NCBI GenBank assembly: GCA_018061105.1
Contig: JAGOUU010000003.1
Location: 1 to 58,090, forward strand
DNA from: Gammaproteobacteria bacterium
GTDB lineage: Bacteria > Pseudomonadota > Gammaproteobacteria > JAGOUU01
Reading direction: 5' to 3'
DNA length: 58,090 nucleotides
Shown here: positions 30,312 through 41,094 of the stretch, piece after piece
Numbering within the stretch: the first letter of the stretch is position 1
Layout of the letters: each line of letters opens with the position of its first letter
Translations under genes and position numbers: made by a program
The notes under the pieces: model-generated
The model's input: the letters and a program-made list of their open reading frames with translations, nothing else
What the model was told of the DNA's origin: nothing
Databases searched by the model: none

Positions 30312-31982
30312 TTTCACAAGTTCGCGGCCAGCCAACTTACCACACATCGCAGCCCATTTTTTCATGTATTCACGCACAATTTTTCCAGCCTCTAGGTACT
30401 CTATAGCATGTATAGCATCTATATCAAATATAGAAGTAATGTGCTCTTTACCGTATAAATACAAAGCACAAGGACTATGTATTAAAAACAAACCTTCCTT
30501 TTCTTCATTGTAATTAACTTCAGAATGTCCATCTGTATGCGGACAATGAACGATAGGTCCCCCGCTAACTTTAATTTCAGCAACAATCATCTTATATTGA
30601 TTCCTGCTTTCATTATAAGATTTTTTATCTATCCATTTATCGATCAAACGCCGGAATTGCAATCGCCATGCTTTGTGTAATGATGCGTCATGCCCTAGGA
30701 CAGCATCATCAACTCCTCTTAAATTTTTTGGCGACCGAACTACGGCATAGGCACGCTTTTCCTTGGGTAACTTTAAATAGTGCTCCGCAGTGTAAAGCTC
30801 CCAACGACTACCCCAGGTCCCTATGGCAATAAGTGGCCTAACCAAAATACCTATGATTTTAGTAATAATTGGGGATTTTGATAATGCTCGTGTTAAATAC
30901 GACACACCCACAGCTGTGGTCGAACCAAACGTGCGAGACAAATAAGCGCCAGCAAGTGGTGTACCGCGATCTTGATAATAGCTTGCCACATGAGCAGCAA
31001 CACTACCCCCCAGTGAAACACCATGTAAAGCTATTCTGTGGTATGCGATTTTACATTGTTTGTTTAATCTTTCAATCTGCGCAATGCCAGATTGTACTAA
31101 GTCCTGAGCTTGCGTAACTTCACCAGTACTATTTAAAACACCAGGATAATTAAATAATATCGAGCTAACAGCTACACCTTCGCTCTTGTATTTAATCAAG
31201 TGTCGCATTGCAGAGCCAGCAGTATCATCAAACTGATAACATCCGCTGTTACCATTGAAATAGACAATATTTAAACATTCGCACCCTTGGCCTTTACAAT
31301 CATGATTATTTGCTGTTATACCTGATAAAACTGTATTTTCATCTAAACGTACTGAAAATTTTTCATAGCATTTCTTCAGCTCCATATCAGCCTCATAAGC
31401 CAATAAAGCCGTTATTTGTTTACCTACAATCGGTCCTAAATCAATACGAAATTTATCTTTAGAAACCACAGGCTTTTTTATTCCTCCTGGGAAAATAACT
31501 GAGGCCAATGTCTTCGTTAGGTTTGAAGCTTCTGTTTTATAGTGAGGGTTACCAAGATTCGCAATAAAAGCTACTAGATAGGCCATTGGCATTGCAATAA
31601 TATTTAAAATAATCTCACGCACTAACCATTTTATGGCTATGTGTATGAAGCTAAATGGTAATCTTAAGCAATATTTCAGACGATTAACAGGTGGTAATTT
31701 TTTATATTTAAACACTGACTGGTCATCTACAATTGCCGGAAGAACTGCTAATTGTCTCTTTTCTACTGCAGTACGGATTTGATTATTATGTTTCTTTAAA
31801 GCTTCATATAGCATCTTTAACGTAATTGGATTAGCAAGTATAGCCTTACAAGTTTCTCTATCTAATTGATTGTCAGCATCATAGCCGTATATCGCTAGCT
31901 CAGTAGACTCAGGCACGGTTGGTTTAATATGAGAGCGATAACAGCTTACTTCAACTGCAAATAATTTCTTTAGTGTTTCCAT
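30309..31982 (-). CDS. Alpha/beta-hydrolase (lipase-like), resembles Legionella SidB/Sdb effector family
   Basis: YFNGN oxyanion segment, FNYPGV, HGVSLGG nucleophile elbow, RTFGS, candidate Asp (DDAV) and His (DGHS); N-terminal TM segment. Confidence 0.75.
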   Translation of the reverse strand: METLKKLFAVEVSCYRSHIKPTVPESTELAIYGYDADNQLDRETCKAILANPITLKMLYEALKKHNNQIRTAVEKRQLAVLPAIVDDQSVFKYKKLPPVNRLKYCLRLPFSFIHIAIKWLVREIILNIIAMPMAYLVAFIANLGNPHYKTEASNLTKTLASVIFPGGIKKPVVSKDKFRIDLGPIVGKQITALLAYEADMELKKCYEKFSVRLDENTVLSGITANNHDCKGQGCECLNIVYFNGNSGCYQFDDTAGSAMRHLIKYKSEGVAVSSILFNYPGVLNSTGEVTQAQDLVQSGIAQIERLNKQCKIAYHRIALHGVSLGGSVAAHVASYYQDRGTPLAGAYLSRTFGSTTAVGVSYLTRALSKSPIITKIIGILVRPLIAIGTWGSRWELYTAEHYLKLPKEKRAYAVVRSPKNLRGVDDAVLGHDASLHKAWRLQFRRLIDKWIDKKSYNESRNQYKMIVAEIKVSGGPIVHCPHTDGHSEVNYNEEKEGLFLIHSPCALYLYGKEHITSIFDIDAIHAIEYLEAGKIVREYMKKWAAMCGKLAGRELVK

Positions 31983-32234
31983 AACATATTTATATATTTA
32001 TAATATATCCACGTAATCTATCAATCTGTTGTAATACACTCAATATTTATAATAATCTTAAATTAACCCCATTATTCTTCGCCATAAGAATAACATAACG
32101 TATTATTACTTTGCCCTGCTTATACATAATTTACAAACAACAGGTTATATTCAAAAAGAATATCCCAAAAGAATGCAATCAGTTTTCAATTAATAGGCTA
32201 GAATATATATTAACAATTATTTATATAGAACAAT

Positions 32235-33713
32235 ATGCCTGAGCTCGCTATTTCGCAAACAGAAAGTGTGCATACTGAAGATGAGCTTATACTAGAGCTT
32301 GCTTATGCTATGGAGCGTCAAAAAGAAAACCTATTGCAGGCTAAGTACACTGAATTTATGCTTCTTAGCGAAAAAATTTATACATTGACGGGTGAAACCA
32401 AAGCTAAAGCACTAGAGGAGCATGAAGATTTATATTTTTACGCACGTGATTTGAGAGATGAAGTTAACATACATACTGCATTTTTAATAAGTCAAAGGCT
32501 ACGTTATCGAAATCGTGAACTTTTAGCTCAAATTGCTACAGCTCGTCGTAAATCTGATAAAAAAGAATTTGATAAAAGGTTTCAAGAATTAGAAGATAAC
32601 TTAAAACAAGATGAGAAAGCTTTCAATAGCGAAATACCTGATCTAAAAAGTAGATCTCGCGCGTTAAAAGAGATTGAAGAAGCTTTACTTTTTCAAAAAT
32701 TTACAAAACAACAAGTTGCTTCATTTGAGAGCAGCCTTTCTCTAGTTGGGAAAACCCTAGACGGAACCGATAAAGTAACAGAGGTATTATATCACGTAGA
32801 CCACCTAGCTGAATCTACAGATGAATTTAACTTTGCTGGCTCATTTTTTTCATTGTTGAAAATAGCCTCTGCCCTAATATCTGCTAGACCAAAAGAAATG
32901 AGTACGCTTTCTTTATCTAGTCTATTTTTTAAAGTTTTATCTGACACTGGAGCTCTCGCCAAAAGAATTGGCCCTCTTGCTGCAATAGTAGGCACAACTT
33001 TGACTTGGGCACCTATAATTAGCGTAGTTGCTGGCAGTTTAAATATAGCCTGGCTAGTAAGTAAAATTATTATTACTCAGATTGAATACGAACAGTCTAT
33101 CAGATCTCTTATTGACTATGGTAATACTAAAGAAGGCTGGTTAGATCCAGAAGTTGAATTAACTCCTAAACAAAAAAAATATAGGCAAGATTTATTTGCC
33201 ACAATTTCTATTAGGCAAGTTTGCGCAGATTCTAAAATACGATCACTATTTACTCAAAGCGAATTCAAAACTGAAATTATGCCGCAGTTAATTAAACATG
33301 CTGCGTATATGAGCAAAAGGGAACTTGTCTTTGATAATATAGCGTTATGGGCGACAATTATCGGCCTTGGACTCGGAATAGGAATATTATTAACACCAGG
33401 TGTTGGACAATTTTTTGCTATAGGAATTGCGGTAGTAATGATTGCAGCATTTGTTACCAAGATTGTTTTAATGAAAACAGCTTTAAAATCACAAGCAGGT
33501 GTCATAACTCTGCCTGAGCCCAAAGACCCTACAACAATTGCAGTATTTGGTTTAGCAGAAGCTACAACAGAAATAGCAAAAGCTTTATCTCAAACATTAA
33601 CTCCACATCTTAATGCTGGAATTAGTCCTGATCTCACGCTCCCAGATCTCCAAGCTAATACCCCGCCTGAAATTGATACCGCTGCTGATTTACCGAAACC
33701 AGCTATACCTTAA
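32235..33713 (+). CDS. Hypothetical coiled-coil plus transmembrane protein
   Basis: 492-aa ORF; E/K/L-rich N-terminus, hydrophobic segments near aa 245-285 and 368-415, Pro-rich tail. Confidence 0.75.
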   Translation: MPELAISQTESVHTEDELILELAYAMERQKENLLQAKYTEFMLLSEKIYTLTGETKAKALEEHEDLYFYARDLRDEVNIHTAFLISQRLRYRNRELLAQIATARRKSDKKEFDKRFQELEDNLKQDEKAFNSEIPDLKSRSRALKEIEEALLFQKFTKQQVASFESSLSLVGKTLDGTDKVTEVLYHVDHLAESTDEFNFAGSFFSLLKIASALISARPKEMSTLSLSSLFFKVLSDTGALAKRIGPLAAIVGTTLTWAPIISVVAGSLNIAWLVSKIIITQIEYEQSIRSLIDYGNTKEGWLDPEVELTPKQKKYRQDLFATISIRQVCADSKIRSLFTQSEFKTEIMPQLIKHAAYMSKRELVFDNIALWATIIGLGLGIGILLTPGVGQFFAIGIAVVMIAAFVTKIVLMKTALKSQAGVITLPEPKDPTTIAVFGLAEATTEIAKALSQTLTPHLNAGISPDLTLPDLQANTPPEIDTAADLPKPAIP

Positions 33714-33728
33714 TTAGTTCAGAACTTA

Positions 33729-34886
33729 TCAGATCTGCGATCTGGGCAAAACTTCTGTTGGTTCAAACCCAACTATAATTTCCCTGGGTAACTCTCGTTT
33801 TATCAAACGTTCGATACTTTGTAATTCTTTAAACTCATCGCGAGAAACTAACGAAATCGCTATTCCATTACTTCCTGCACGACCAGTTCTGCCAATACGG
33901 TGCACATAATCTTCAGGTACATTCGGTAAATCAAAATTTACCACTTGTGGTAACATATTTATATCTAACCCACGCGAGGCTATATCAGTAGCAACTAGTA
34001 CACGAACAGTACCATTTTTAAAATTGGCTAACGCAGCAGTTCTTGCACCTTGACTTTTATTGCCATGAATAGCTGCAGCGTTTATACCAGAGGCAATTAA
34101 TTTTTTGGTTAATTTATTGGCGCCGTGTTTAGTTCTACCAAACACTAAAACCTGCGACCAATTTTGTTCATTAATTAATTTAATTAACAACTCTGATTTT
34201 CTAAACTTATCTACTAGACAAACTTTTTGTTCTACAGTTACAGCTGTAGTATTTTGTTGATCAACAGTAATCTCAACAGGGTTGTGTACTATTGTTTTAG
34301 CAAGCTCACGGATCTCTTTTGAAAAAGTAGCCGAGAACATGAGATTTTGACGTTTTTTAGGAAGCACATGTAAAATTTTTCTTATATCATGAATAAAGCC
34401 CATATCTAACATACGATCAGCTTCATCTAGAACTAATATTTCAAGCTGATTAAATCTCACGGCGTTTTGATTATATAAATCTAATAATCTGCCAGGAGTT
34501 GCAATTAATATATCAACACCTGATCGTAGTCTCATCATTTGAGGATTTATTTTTACACCACCAAATACAATAGTAGATTTTATATCAAGATTTCCACTAT
34601 ATTTTATAACACTCTCACCTACTTGGGCTGCTAATTCTCGAGTAGGAACCAAGATTAAACTACGCGCTTGATTAGCTTTCGGATAGTCGCCTTTAGATAA
34701 ATTATCCAATAAAGGCAAAACAAATCCTGCTGTTTTTCCTGTTCCTGTTTGTGCTGCCGCAACAACATCCTTACCGCCTAGAATTGCTGGAATAGCTTTA
34801 ATTTGTATTGGCGACGGAGTTTTGTAACCAATAAATTCTAAATTATTCAAAAGTGCTTGAGACAAACCAAGGGATGAAAAAATCAT
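33729..34886 (-). CDS. rhlE: DEAD-box RNA helicase RhlE-like (short C-terminus)
   Basis: [50 protein letters not shown]. Confidence 0.9.
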   Translation of the reverse strand: MIFSSLGLSQALLNNLEFIGYKTPSPIQIKAIPAILGGKDVVAAAQTGTGKTAGFVLPLLDNLSKGDYPKANQARSLILVPTRELAAQVGESVIKYSGNLDIKSTIVFGGVKINPQMMRLRSGVDILIATPGRLLDLYNQNAVRFNQLEILVLDEADRMLDMGFIHDIRKILHVLPKKRQNLMFSATFSKEIRELAKTIVHNPVEITVDQQNTTAVTVEQKVCLVDKFRKSELLIKLINEQNWSQVLVFGRTKHGANKLTKKLIASGINAAAIHGNKSQGARTAALANFKNGTVRVLVATDIASRGLDINMLPQVVNFDLPNVPEDYVHRIGRTGRAGSNGIAISLVSRDEFKELQSIERLIKRELPREIIVGFEPTEVLPRSQI

Positions 34887-34899
34887 ATTATTTTATATA

Positions 34900-35931
34900 T
34901 CAAAATGGCGAAGGTGCTGGTCTTTTTGCACCAAGCACAGAAGGCAATAGAGAGGTGGGTACTAACGACCGCTCGGCACCCGCGCCACGGATAGCCTCGA
35001 ATGCTGATGATAAAGATCGGCATACAGCTGAAGCTGTATATCTCACCGGCCTAGCAATCGGCTCTCCGATAGGTTGTGGTTGAAGTGGCTGTGTAGGTAT
35101 AGATCCAAGTTCAGCAGTTTTTACTCCTCCTAACTGAATGAATGCTTCTTTCGCATAATCAATTGTTGGTAAGCCTCCGCATGACTCATATAATCGCATT
35201 ACCGTAATAATAGGAGCAAGAATCTCGCTGTTAGCAGATAAAATGGCTATTGGCAGATCAAGCGCTTCAGGAGGATTCTTAAAATCTCCCGTTTTATTAC
35301 TCATCGCCCGCACTAAATATTGAGAAGCCCCTCCCTCATATAAAAACAAATTTCCAGCTGACAAACATCTAGTACTATAACCACTGCTCGAAGCGACATC
35401 GACTCTTTCCCCTCGACACATTTCTTCATGTGAAGGCGTCATACAATCAGGTATCCCCTCAAAATTTAAATACATCACCTTATCTAGGGTTACAACAAAT
35501 CTCAGCTTAACAACTTTGCGATAAGCTTCAATCTTTATATCTCTAAACTCCCTCATAAGATTACCAATAATACTATCTATTGTAGGAAGAGATTCACCAC
35601 CGTCCAATGGCATACTTGTTACCCCTTCTTCAAGAAGCTTTCTTGTAGCATTTAATTTCTCTTCCATTTTATTCTTCATCTTTTCTATATTTTGTGCTTC
35701 ACGTTTTATATATGCAAAATGTGCTATCATGCGAAACATAGAAATTGGATAATTAACAGACTTTAATTCACAAGAACGCGGACGAATTGTTCCTACAACA
35801 GGATAAACTGCTAATTCTCCAACGGAAAGCAGAGCTCTTAAACCAGGTGCTGGCAGCGGAGTGGTTGCCGCAGGAGTTGCAAGTGGAACAAGAGATCTAG
35901 GGGTAGATGGGCGTTCTTCATCACTAATCAT
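34900..35931 (-). CDS. Hypothetical protein with Pro/Ala-rich termini
   Basis: 343-aa ORF, visibly GC-richer than neighbours; central PSHEEM...CLSAGNLF...SNKTGDF. Confidence 0.7.
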   Translation of the reverse strand: MISDEERPSTPRSLVPLATPAATTPLPAPGLRALLSVGELAVYPVVGTIRPRSCELKSVNYPISMFRMIAHFAYIKREAQNIEKMKNKMEEKLNATRKLLEEGVTSMPLDGGESLPTIDSIIGNLMREFRDIKIEAYRKVVKLRFVVTLDKVMYLNFEGIPDCMTPSHEEMCRGERVDVASSSGYSTRCLSAGNLFLYEGGASQYLVRAMSNKTGDFKNPPEALDLPIAILSANSEILAPIITVMRLYESCGGLPTIDYAKEAFIQLGGVKTAELGSIPTQPLQPQPIGEPIARPVRYTASAVCRSLSSAFEAIRGAGAERSLVPTSLLPSVLGAKRPAPSPF

Positions 35932-36251
35932 TTATTTAATTACCTAATTTGAAAATATTTTGACATCTTACGTGATCACTAACATAGAAGTCAATAATAA
36001 TATTATTTCAATAAGGCCTTGACTTAAACTCTGTGAGCACCAGTCCATCATCGTCAATTTCACTGATTATAAGACTAGCGCTTCTCGCCTCTACCCTAGC
36101 CCCAAAGAGAACCGGCATCTCTAACAGGCTCAGGACCAGTAGGCATTAACTTACTGCTAAAAACTTCATATGACCGTTGAACCATTTCATCAGTTTTAGA
36201 AGATTTAGAAGATTTAGAAGATTTAATAGTCATAATAATTATTATTTTTTA

Positions 36252-36545
36252 TTAATTATTATTACAATCACCATACTCAGCAATCAACTTTGCACCAGCT
36301 CTATTTTTTACTGTTGTTAAGGCAGCATTTTCGTTTTTAGAGATTTGATTGTAAGCTTCCTCTCGTTTTGAATTAACTTCTGAAACTAAACTAACCACTT
36401 CAGACTCTGTACTTTTAGCTTGTAAGGTCCCATCCGGTAATTCACAAACTTTTTTCTGTGCTCTTGCTTCTTCTAAATTTAAAGCAAAAATCTGAGTAGC
36501 TCCTAAAGACAACAACAATACTAATCCAATGTTTTTAATTTTCAT
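36252..36545 (-). CDS. ydbL: YdbL/DUF1318 family protein
   Basis: ALNLEEARAQKKVCELPDGTL...LVSEVNSKR..AY.QI...AG.KLI; follows ynbE. Confidence 0.85.
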   Translation of the reverse strand: MKIKNIGLVLLLSLGATQIFALNLEEARAQKKVCELPDGTLQAKSTESEVVSLVSEVNSKREEAYNQISKNENAALTTVKNRAGAKLIAEYGDCNNN

Positions 36546-36563
36546 CTTAACTCCTGTTAGATA

Positions 36564-36743
36564 CTAAAATACTTTTTTATCACTTGCAATTTTTTTATCC
36601 AAAGCTTGGTCCACTTGCTTAATATTGACATCCACAGTTACAGCAATAGGTTTGTCCGGCGCTTCTAACTTTACTGTATTTGCACACCCGCTTAGAACAA
36701 ACAAAACACCTGTAATTATAGGCAAACCAATAAAGCTTTTCAT
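36564..36743 (-). CDS. ynbE: YnbE-family lipoprotein, 59 aa (missed by ORF track)
   Basis: Hand translation MKSFIGLPIITGVLFVLSGCANTVKLEAPDKPIAVTVDVNIKQVDQALDKKIASDKKVF*; lipobox LSGC. Confidence 0.9.
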   Translation of the reverse strand: MKSFIGLPIITGVLFVLSGCANTVKLEAPDKPIAVTVDVNIKQVDQALDKKIASDKKVF

Positions 36744-36773
36744 CTAATATCTCCGTATATTATTTCTTTAATA

Positions 36774-37772
36774 TTATTTCTTAATATTTTTTTGTTTTAA
36801 TCTTATCATCAAATTTAAATAATTATTTAAATCTTTTTCTGAAATATTCAGATTAATATTTAGTTTAACTCTTTGCCCCTTGTAGAAGTCTTTATTACTA
36901 CCATCAAACTGAAAATTAAACTTAATAATATCTTTTTCTCCTACTTCTATCTTAGCACTAAGAGTTTTATATTGAAAGTCTGAAAATAATTTATATAAAA
37001 AACTATTATTAACAGCTGGATTATATGATTTAAATCTAATAATACCATTATTTAAAGAAAATATTTCTCCGTTTTTTAAAGTAACTCTTCGTTTATCAAA
37101 TAAAAAAGGCACTTCGCCAGTTAATTTTGAAATTATTGTGATCTCACCTACGCCGGGAATGGCAAGTTTATTTAAATTAACGTCTGCTTTAGTAAAATTT
37201 ATTTTAGAATAATAAGTATTTTGATTATTTACAGAAGAAAACTCAAATGGTACTGAAATTTTTTGATCTGACTTATGCAAAGCTATTTCTGATTGATTAA
37301 TAATCACAGTTTTCACTTCTGGCAATAAAAACCTCAATAGTAAATTAAATTGAGAATCAAATATTTTTTTCCACCATAGATTATCTAAATTACCAAATGT
37401 AAAAACATTGTCGTTATCAGAATCCACGCCAGTGATCGTAAGTCCTTGGATAATAACTTTGTCAATTTTTTGTCGCAAAAGTGCCGCTAAAGAATAATCT
37501 ATTTCCAAGTAAGTTATACTAAAGTTTTTTGGATCACCCAGATCAATATTTTCAGCTATAAATTTATTGCTATTAGATTGCTTAATAGTTAAATGCAGTT
37601 GTTTTTCAACACCATACCATTTTAAACCTGCACGAGCAGCAGTACTTATTATTGTCTCTGGCGGGTAATATAGAAAAGCTAAACCTAATATTGTTATTAA
37701 CAAAACAATTATTAACAACAAACTTATTAACAAATATTTTATAGCCTTACCCAAAACCGAAAATATACGCAT
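36774..37772 (-). CDS. ydbH: YdbH-like (AsmA-type) protein, short form
   Basis: N-terminal TM; C-terminal LTGEVPF...GIIRF...FSDFQYKTL...FDGSN.DFYKGQRVKLNINL; upstream of ynbE-ydbL. Confidence 0.75.
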   Translation of the reverse strand: MRIFSVLGKAIKYLLISLLLIIVLLITILGLAFLYYPPETIISTAARAGLKWYGVEKQLHLTIKQSNSNKFIAENIDLGDPKNFSITYLEIDYSLAALLRQKIDKVIIQGLTITGVDSDNDNVFTFGNLDNLWWKKIFDSQFNLLLRFLLPEVKTVIINQSEIALHKSDQKISVPFEFSSVNNQNTYYSKINFTKADVNLNKLAIPGVGEITIISKLTGEVPFLFDKRRVTLKNGEIFSLNNGIIRFKSYNPAVNNSFLYKLFSDFQYKTLSAKIEVGEKDIIKFNFQFDGSNKDFYKGQRVKLNINLNISEKDLNNYLNLMIRLKQKNIKK

Positions 37773-37798
37773 AATGTCCCTATTATATTTATATTTAA

Positions 37799-39370
37799 TT
37801 AATGCTCTCTAGTTGCTGTAAATTTAACCTCTGGGTATTTCTCTGTAGCTAATTGTAAATTGGCTCTAGATGGCGCTAAATAAGTCAGACTTTCACTTCC
37901 ATCAATAGCCAAGTAATCATTAAATCTTGTTTTAAATTCTGTAAGCTTTTTTAAATCACTACACTCTATCCATCGTGCAGTTTGAATATTCACAGCTTCA
38001 TATAAACATTCTACGTTGTATTCGTTTTTTAATCGATGCGCGACCACGTCAAACTGTAAAATACCAACTGCCCCTAAGATTAAGTCATTATTTCTTAAAG
38101 GCCGAAATACTTGCGTTGCTCCTTCTTCTGATAGCTGTACTAGACCTTTTAATAATTGTTTTTGCTTCAATGGGTCTTTTACTCGGACTCTTTTAAACAA
38201 TTCTGGCGCAAAATTAGGTATACCTAAAAATTGCAAGTCTTCGCCTTGAGTAAAAGTATCACCTATTTTAATAGTTCCATGATTATGTAGGCCTAATATA
38301 TCTCCGGCAAAAGCCTCATCAGCATGCTCTCTGCTACCTGCCATAAAAGTATGAGCATTATTAATAGCCAAATCCCGATTTAATCTCACATGCTTTACTT
38401 TCATACCTTTTTGGTATTGCCCAGACACGATACGTAAAAACGCCACACGATCACGATGTAGCGGATCCATATTGGCTTGTATTTTAAAAATAAAGCCAGT
38501 AAATTTTTTTTCTTCCGGTTGTATGTCTCGTGTAGAGGTTTTATATACTTGTGGCCCAGGAGCATGCATAGTAAAAAAGTCTAATAGCTCTCGAATACCA
38601 AAGTTCTGGAGAGCCGAACCAAAAAAAACAGGAGTTTGCTTACCAGCCAAATATTTATTTAAATCAAATTTATTACTAGCTGCCTGTAATAATTCTATAT
38701 CATCTCTAAGATTATTTATGTAATCGGGCAGAGCTTGTTCAGCTTCAAGGCTGTTTATATCTGAAACAATTTCAGTTTCAAGAATTTTGTCACCCTTTCC
38801 TGGCTTATATAAAATAATTCTATTAGATAATAAATCGTAAATCCCTTGAAACGTTTTTCCCATACTGATGGGCCATGTCACCGGTGCACATTGAATATTT
38901 AATACTTTTTCAATTTCATCCAATAAATCAATTGGCTCTCTGGTTTCGCGATCCATTTTATTAATAAAAGACATAATAGGGGTATCACGCAAACGACAAA
39001 CCTCCATTAGTTTAATCGTGCGAGTTTCTACGCCTTTAGCAGCATCAATAACCATGAGAGCTGAGTCAACTGCAGTAAGGGTTCGGTAAGTATCTTCTGA
39101 GAAATCTTCGTGACCAGGAGTATCCAACAGATTAACTATTTTATTATTATAGTTGTACTGCATAACAGACGTTGTCACAGAAATCCCACGTTCTTGCTCT
39201 AATGCCATCCAATCTGACGTAGCATGACGGGCAGCTTTTTTGCCCTTGACTGTACCTGCAAGTGTTATAGCGCCGCCATATAATAATAATTTTTCTGTAA
39301 TTGTTGTTTTACCAGCGTCTGGATGTGAAATAATGGCAAAAGTACGCCGGTTATTATTCTCTGCTGTCAT
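37799..39370 (-). CDS. prfC: Peptide chain release factor 3
   Basis: [47 protein letters not shown]. Confidence 0.98.
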   Translation of the reverse strand: MTAENNNRRTFAIISHPDAGKTTITEKLLLYGGAITLAGTVKGKKAARHATSDWMALEQERGISVTTSVMQYNYNNKIVNLLDTPGHEDFSEDTYRTLTAVDSALMVIDAAKGVETRTIKLMEVCRLRDTPIMSFINKMDRETREPIDLLDEIEKVLNIQCAPVTWPISMGKTFQGIYDLLSNRIILYKPGKGDKILETEIVSDINSLEAEQALPDYINNLRDDIELLQAASNKFDLNKYLAGKQTPVFFGSALQNFGIRELLDFFTMHAPGPQVYKTSTRDIQPEEKKFTGFIFKIQANMDPLHRDRVAFLRIVSGQYQKGMKVKHVRLNRDLAINNAHTFMAGSREHADEAFAGDILGLHNHGTIKIGDTFTQGEDLQFLGIPNFAPELFKRVRVKDPLKQKQLLKGLVQLSEEGATQVFRPLRNNDLILGAVGILQFDVVAHRLKNEYNVECLYEAVNIQTARWIECSDLKKLTEFKTRFNDYLAIDGSESLTYLAPSRANLQLATEKYPEVKFTATREH

Positions 39371-39403
39371 AAGATTTATAAGTTTTTATAAGTTTTTATT
39401 ATT

Positions 39404-39904
39404 TTAAAATACCAACTCTAAATTAATTCCGTCTTCTTTACCGCCATTTTCCGCTGGATAATATCCTTTGCGAATACTCAATTCTTTGAAGCCGAAATTT
39501 TTATAGAGATCACGGGCTACCGTATTAGTTACTCTTACTTCCATAATAACTTTTTGTGCTTTTTTAAATCGCATTTGATCTAATAGAAAACTTAAAAATA
39601 CTTTACCGACACCTTGATTCTGAAAAGCTGGATCTACAGCAATATTAAACAAATGGGCTTCCCCTAGAGCCAAGCGAAAAACCGCATGTCCTATAACCTG
39701 AGTCTGAAACTCAACTAACCAGCAATTATAGCCAACTATCACACAATCAAATAATAGCTTTTCGCTCCAAGGGTGAGTATAGCTTTTAGTTTCCACTTTA
39801 TAGACCATAGGGATATCTTGCAGTCCGACTGGACGAATGATAACCTCACCTAACTTGCATTTTTTTTTATAGCCTTGGGAATTACCTGAAAAATTTAAAG
39901 TCAT
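39404..39904 (-). CDS. rimI: Ribosomal protein S18 N-acetyltransferase
   Basis: HPWSE, EAHLFNIAVDP..Q.QG.G, MEVRVTN..A..LY, RKGYYP. Confidence 0.92.
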   Translation of the reverse strand: MTLNFSGNSQGYKKKCKLGEVIIRPVGLQDIPMVYKVETKSYTHPWSEKLLFDCVIVGYNCWLVEFQTQVIGHAVFRLALGEAHLFNIAVDPAFQNQGVGKVFLSFLLDQMRFKKAQKVIMEVRVTNTVARDLYKNFGFKELSIRKGYYPAENGGKEDGINLELVF

Positions 39905-39908
39905 GTTG

Positions 39909-40343
39909 CTACATTCTACAGAATACTTGCAATTGTTGCCATAATTGTTTTTTTAATTCTACCTGATCTGAAAGCTCAGAGATACTAGAGGCCAAAAGAA
40001 CATTTTTGCTATCTAGTTGATTATTAAAGTATAATTTATTAAATACAATTATTTTTTTAAAACTATAATTAGTTAAATCAAAAAATTTATCATCATCTAT
40101 ATCTATCTGCAGTAATTTAAATACTAAGTCAGGAGCTAATTTTCGTACACTAACTAAAATCTTATCTAACAATTCTTGTTCAATAAAGCTATACTGCTCA
40201 TAGGGATCAGTAATAATTAAGATATCTGCGAAAATAAGATTATCCCGAGAAATAAATCTTGTTATTTCTAACTCTGATAAATAGCCATTGTTATGGTTAT
40301 AACTATAATTTAGCATTGTATACCCAATCCTAGTTAACATCAA
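39909..40343 (-). CDS. Putative DNA polymerase III psi (HolD)-like protein
   Basis: Position upstream of rimI-prfC as for holD; LLDKILVS and KKQLWQQL resemble HolD; very divergent. Confidence 0.45.
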   Translation of the reverse strand: MMLTRIGYTMLNYSYNHNNGYLSELEITRFISRDNLIFADILIITDPYEQYSFIEQELLDKILVSVRKLAPDLVFKLLQIDIDDDKFFDLTNYSFKKIIVFNKLYFNNQLDSKNVLLASSISELSDQVELKKQLWQQLQVFCRM

Positions 40344-40365
40344 TATAATTTGTTATTATACAATT

Positions 40366-41094
40366 ATGCAGTATCCTGAACAAATTAAAACGCTAAACAT
40401 AGACTATTTATTTAGTCTTAAAAACACACCCATTTCCCAAAAAAGCTTTTCTGATGTATTAGATATCACCATTGATAACCAGAGTTTTATTGTAAAACGT
40501 TATTACAAGCCTGGTAAAAAATTATGGCTCCGACTATTTGCTAAGAGATCTAAAAGCCATAGTGAACATAATAACCTATTATTCTTCGCCAAACACGGCA
40601 TTTATACACCAGAGATTGTAGGCTTGTTCAGAAAACAACAACGATCATGCTTAGTTACAAAAAAACTCCCTAATGTTTATAACCTAGCAGAACATTTTAA
40701 CATCCATAACTCTAAGAATAATATCAACAATTATAATTTAGACATTTTGATAAGATTTACTAAAATATTACGCCAATTACATGATTTAAAATTTGTTCAT
40801 CGTGATTATAAATTGCGTAATGTTTTATTATCAGAAGATCATAAACTTTATTTAATAGACTGCCCCAATGGTATTAGTTTTAATTTTGGCAAGTTCAGTT
40901 TTATTTTTAATTTTTTGTATAAAAAACTGGCACTAAGAGATCTAGTTATTGCCTACAAAGACTTAAGAAAAGTTATAAACCCTCGACAATTAATATATTT
41001 ATATAAAATATATTATAATTTAAATAAACTTGACTCCCAGCATAAAAAACATATTAAATATCTTATCAATCATGCCAATCGCCCACGATTATAA
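40366..41094 (+). CDS. Lipopolysaccharide kinase (Kdo/WaaP/InaA family)
   Basis: VKRY, EHNNL, FVHRDYKLRNVLL, LIDC kinase motifs. Confidence 0.8.
   Translation: MQYPEQIKTLNIDYLFSLKNTPISQKSFSDVLDITIDNQSFIVKRYYKPGKKLWLRLFAKRSKSHSEHNNLLFFAKHGIYTPEIVGLFRKQQRSCLVTKKLPNVYNLAEHFNIHNSKNNINNYNLDILIRFTKILRQLHDLKFVHRDYKLRNVLLSEDHKLYLIDCPNGISFNFGKFSFIFNFLYKKLALRDLVIAYKDLRKVINPRQLIYLYKIYYNLNKLDSQHKKHIKYLINHANRPRL

Noticed and set aside
28451-35931. CaaX prenylation motifs on effector-like orphans
   Set aside because: None ends in Cys-x-x-x (ends are PCQP, ELVK, PAIP, PSPF)
35960-36150. GC-richer intergenic stretch; minus-strand MPTGPEPVRDAGS and MPVLFGARVEARSASLIISEIDDDG... in adjacent frames
   Set aside because: Could be a frameshifted small gene remnant, but no family is recognisable and the frames are under 50 aa
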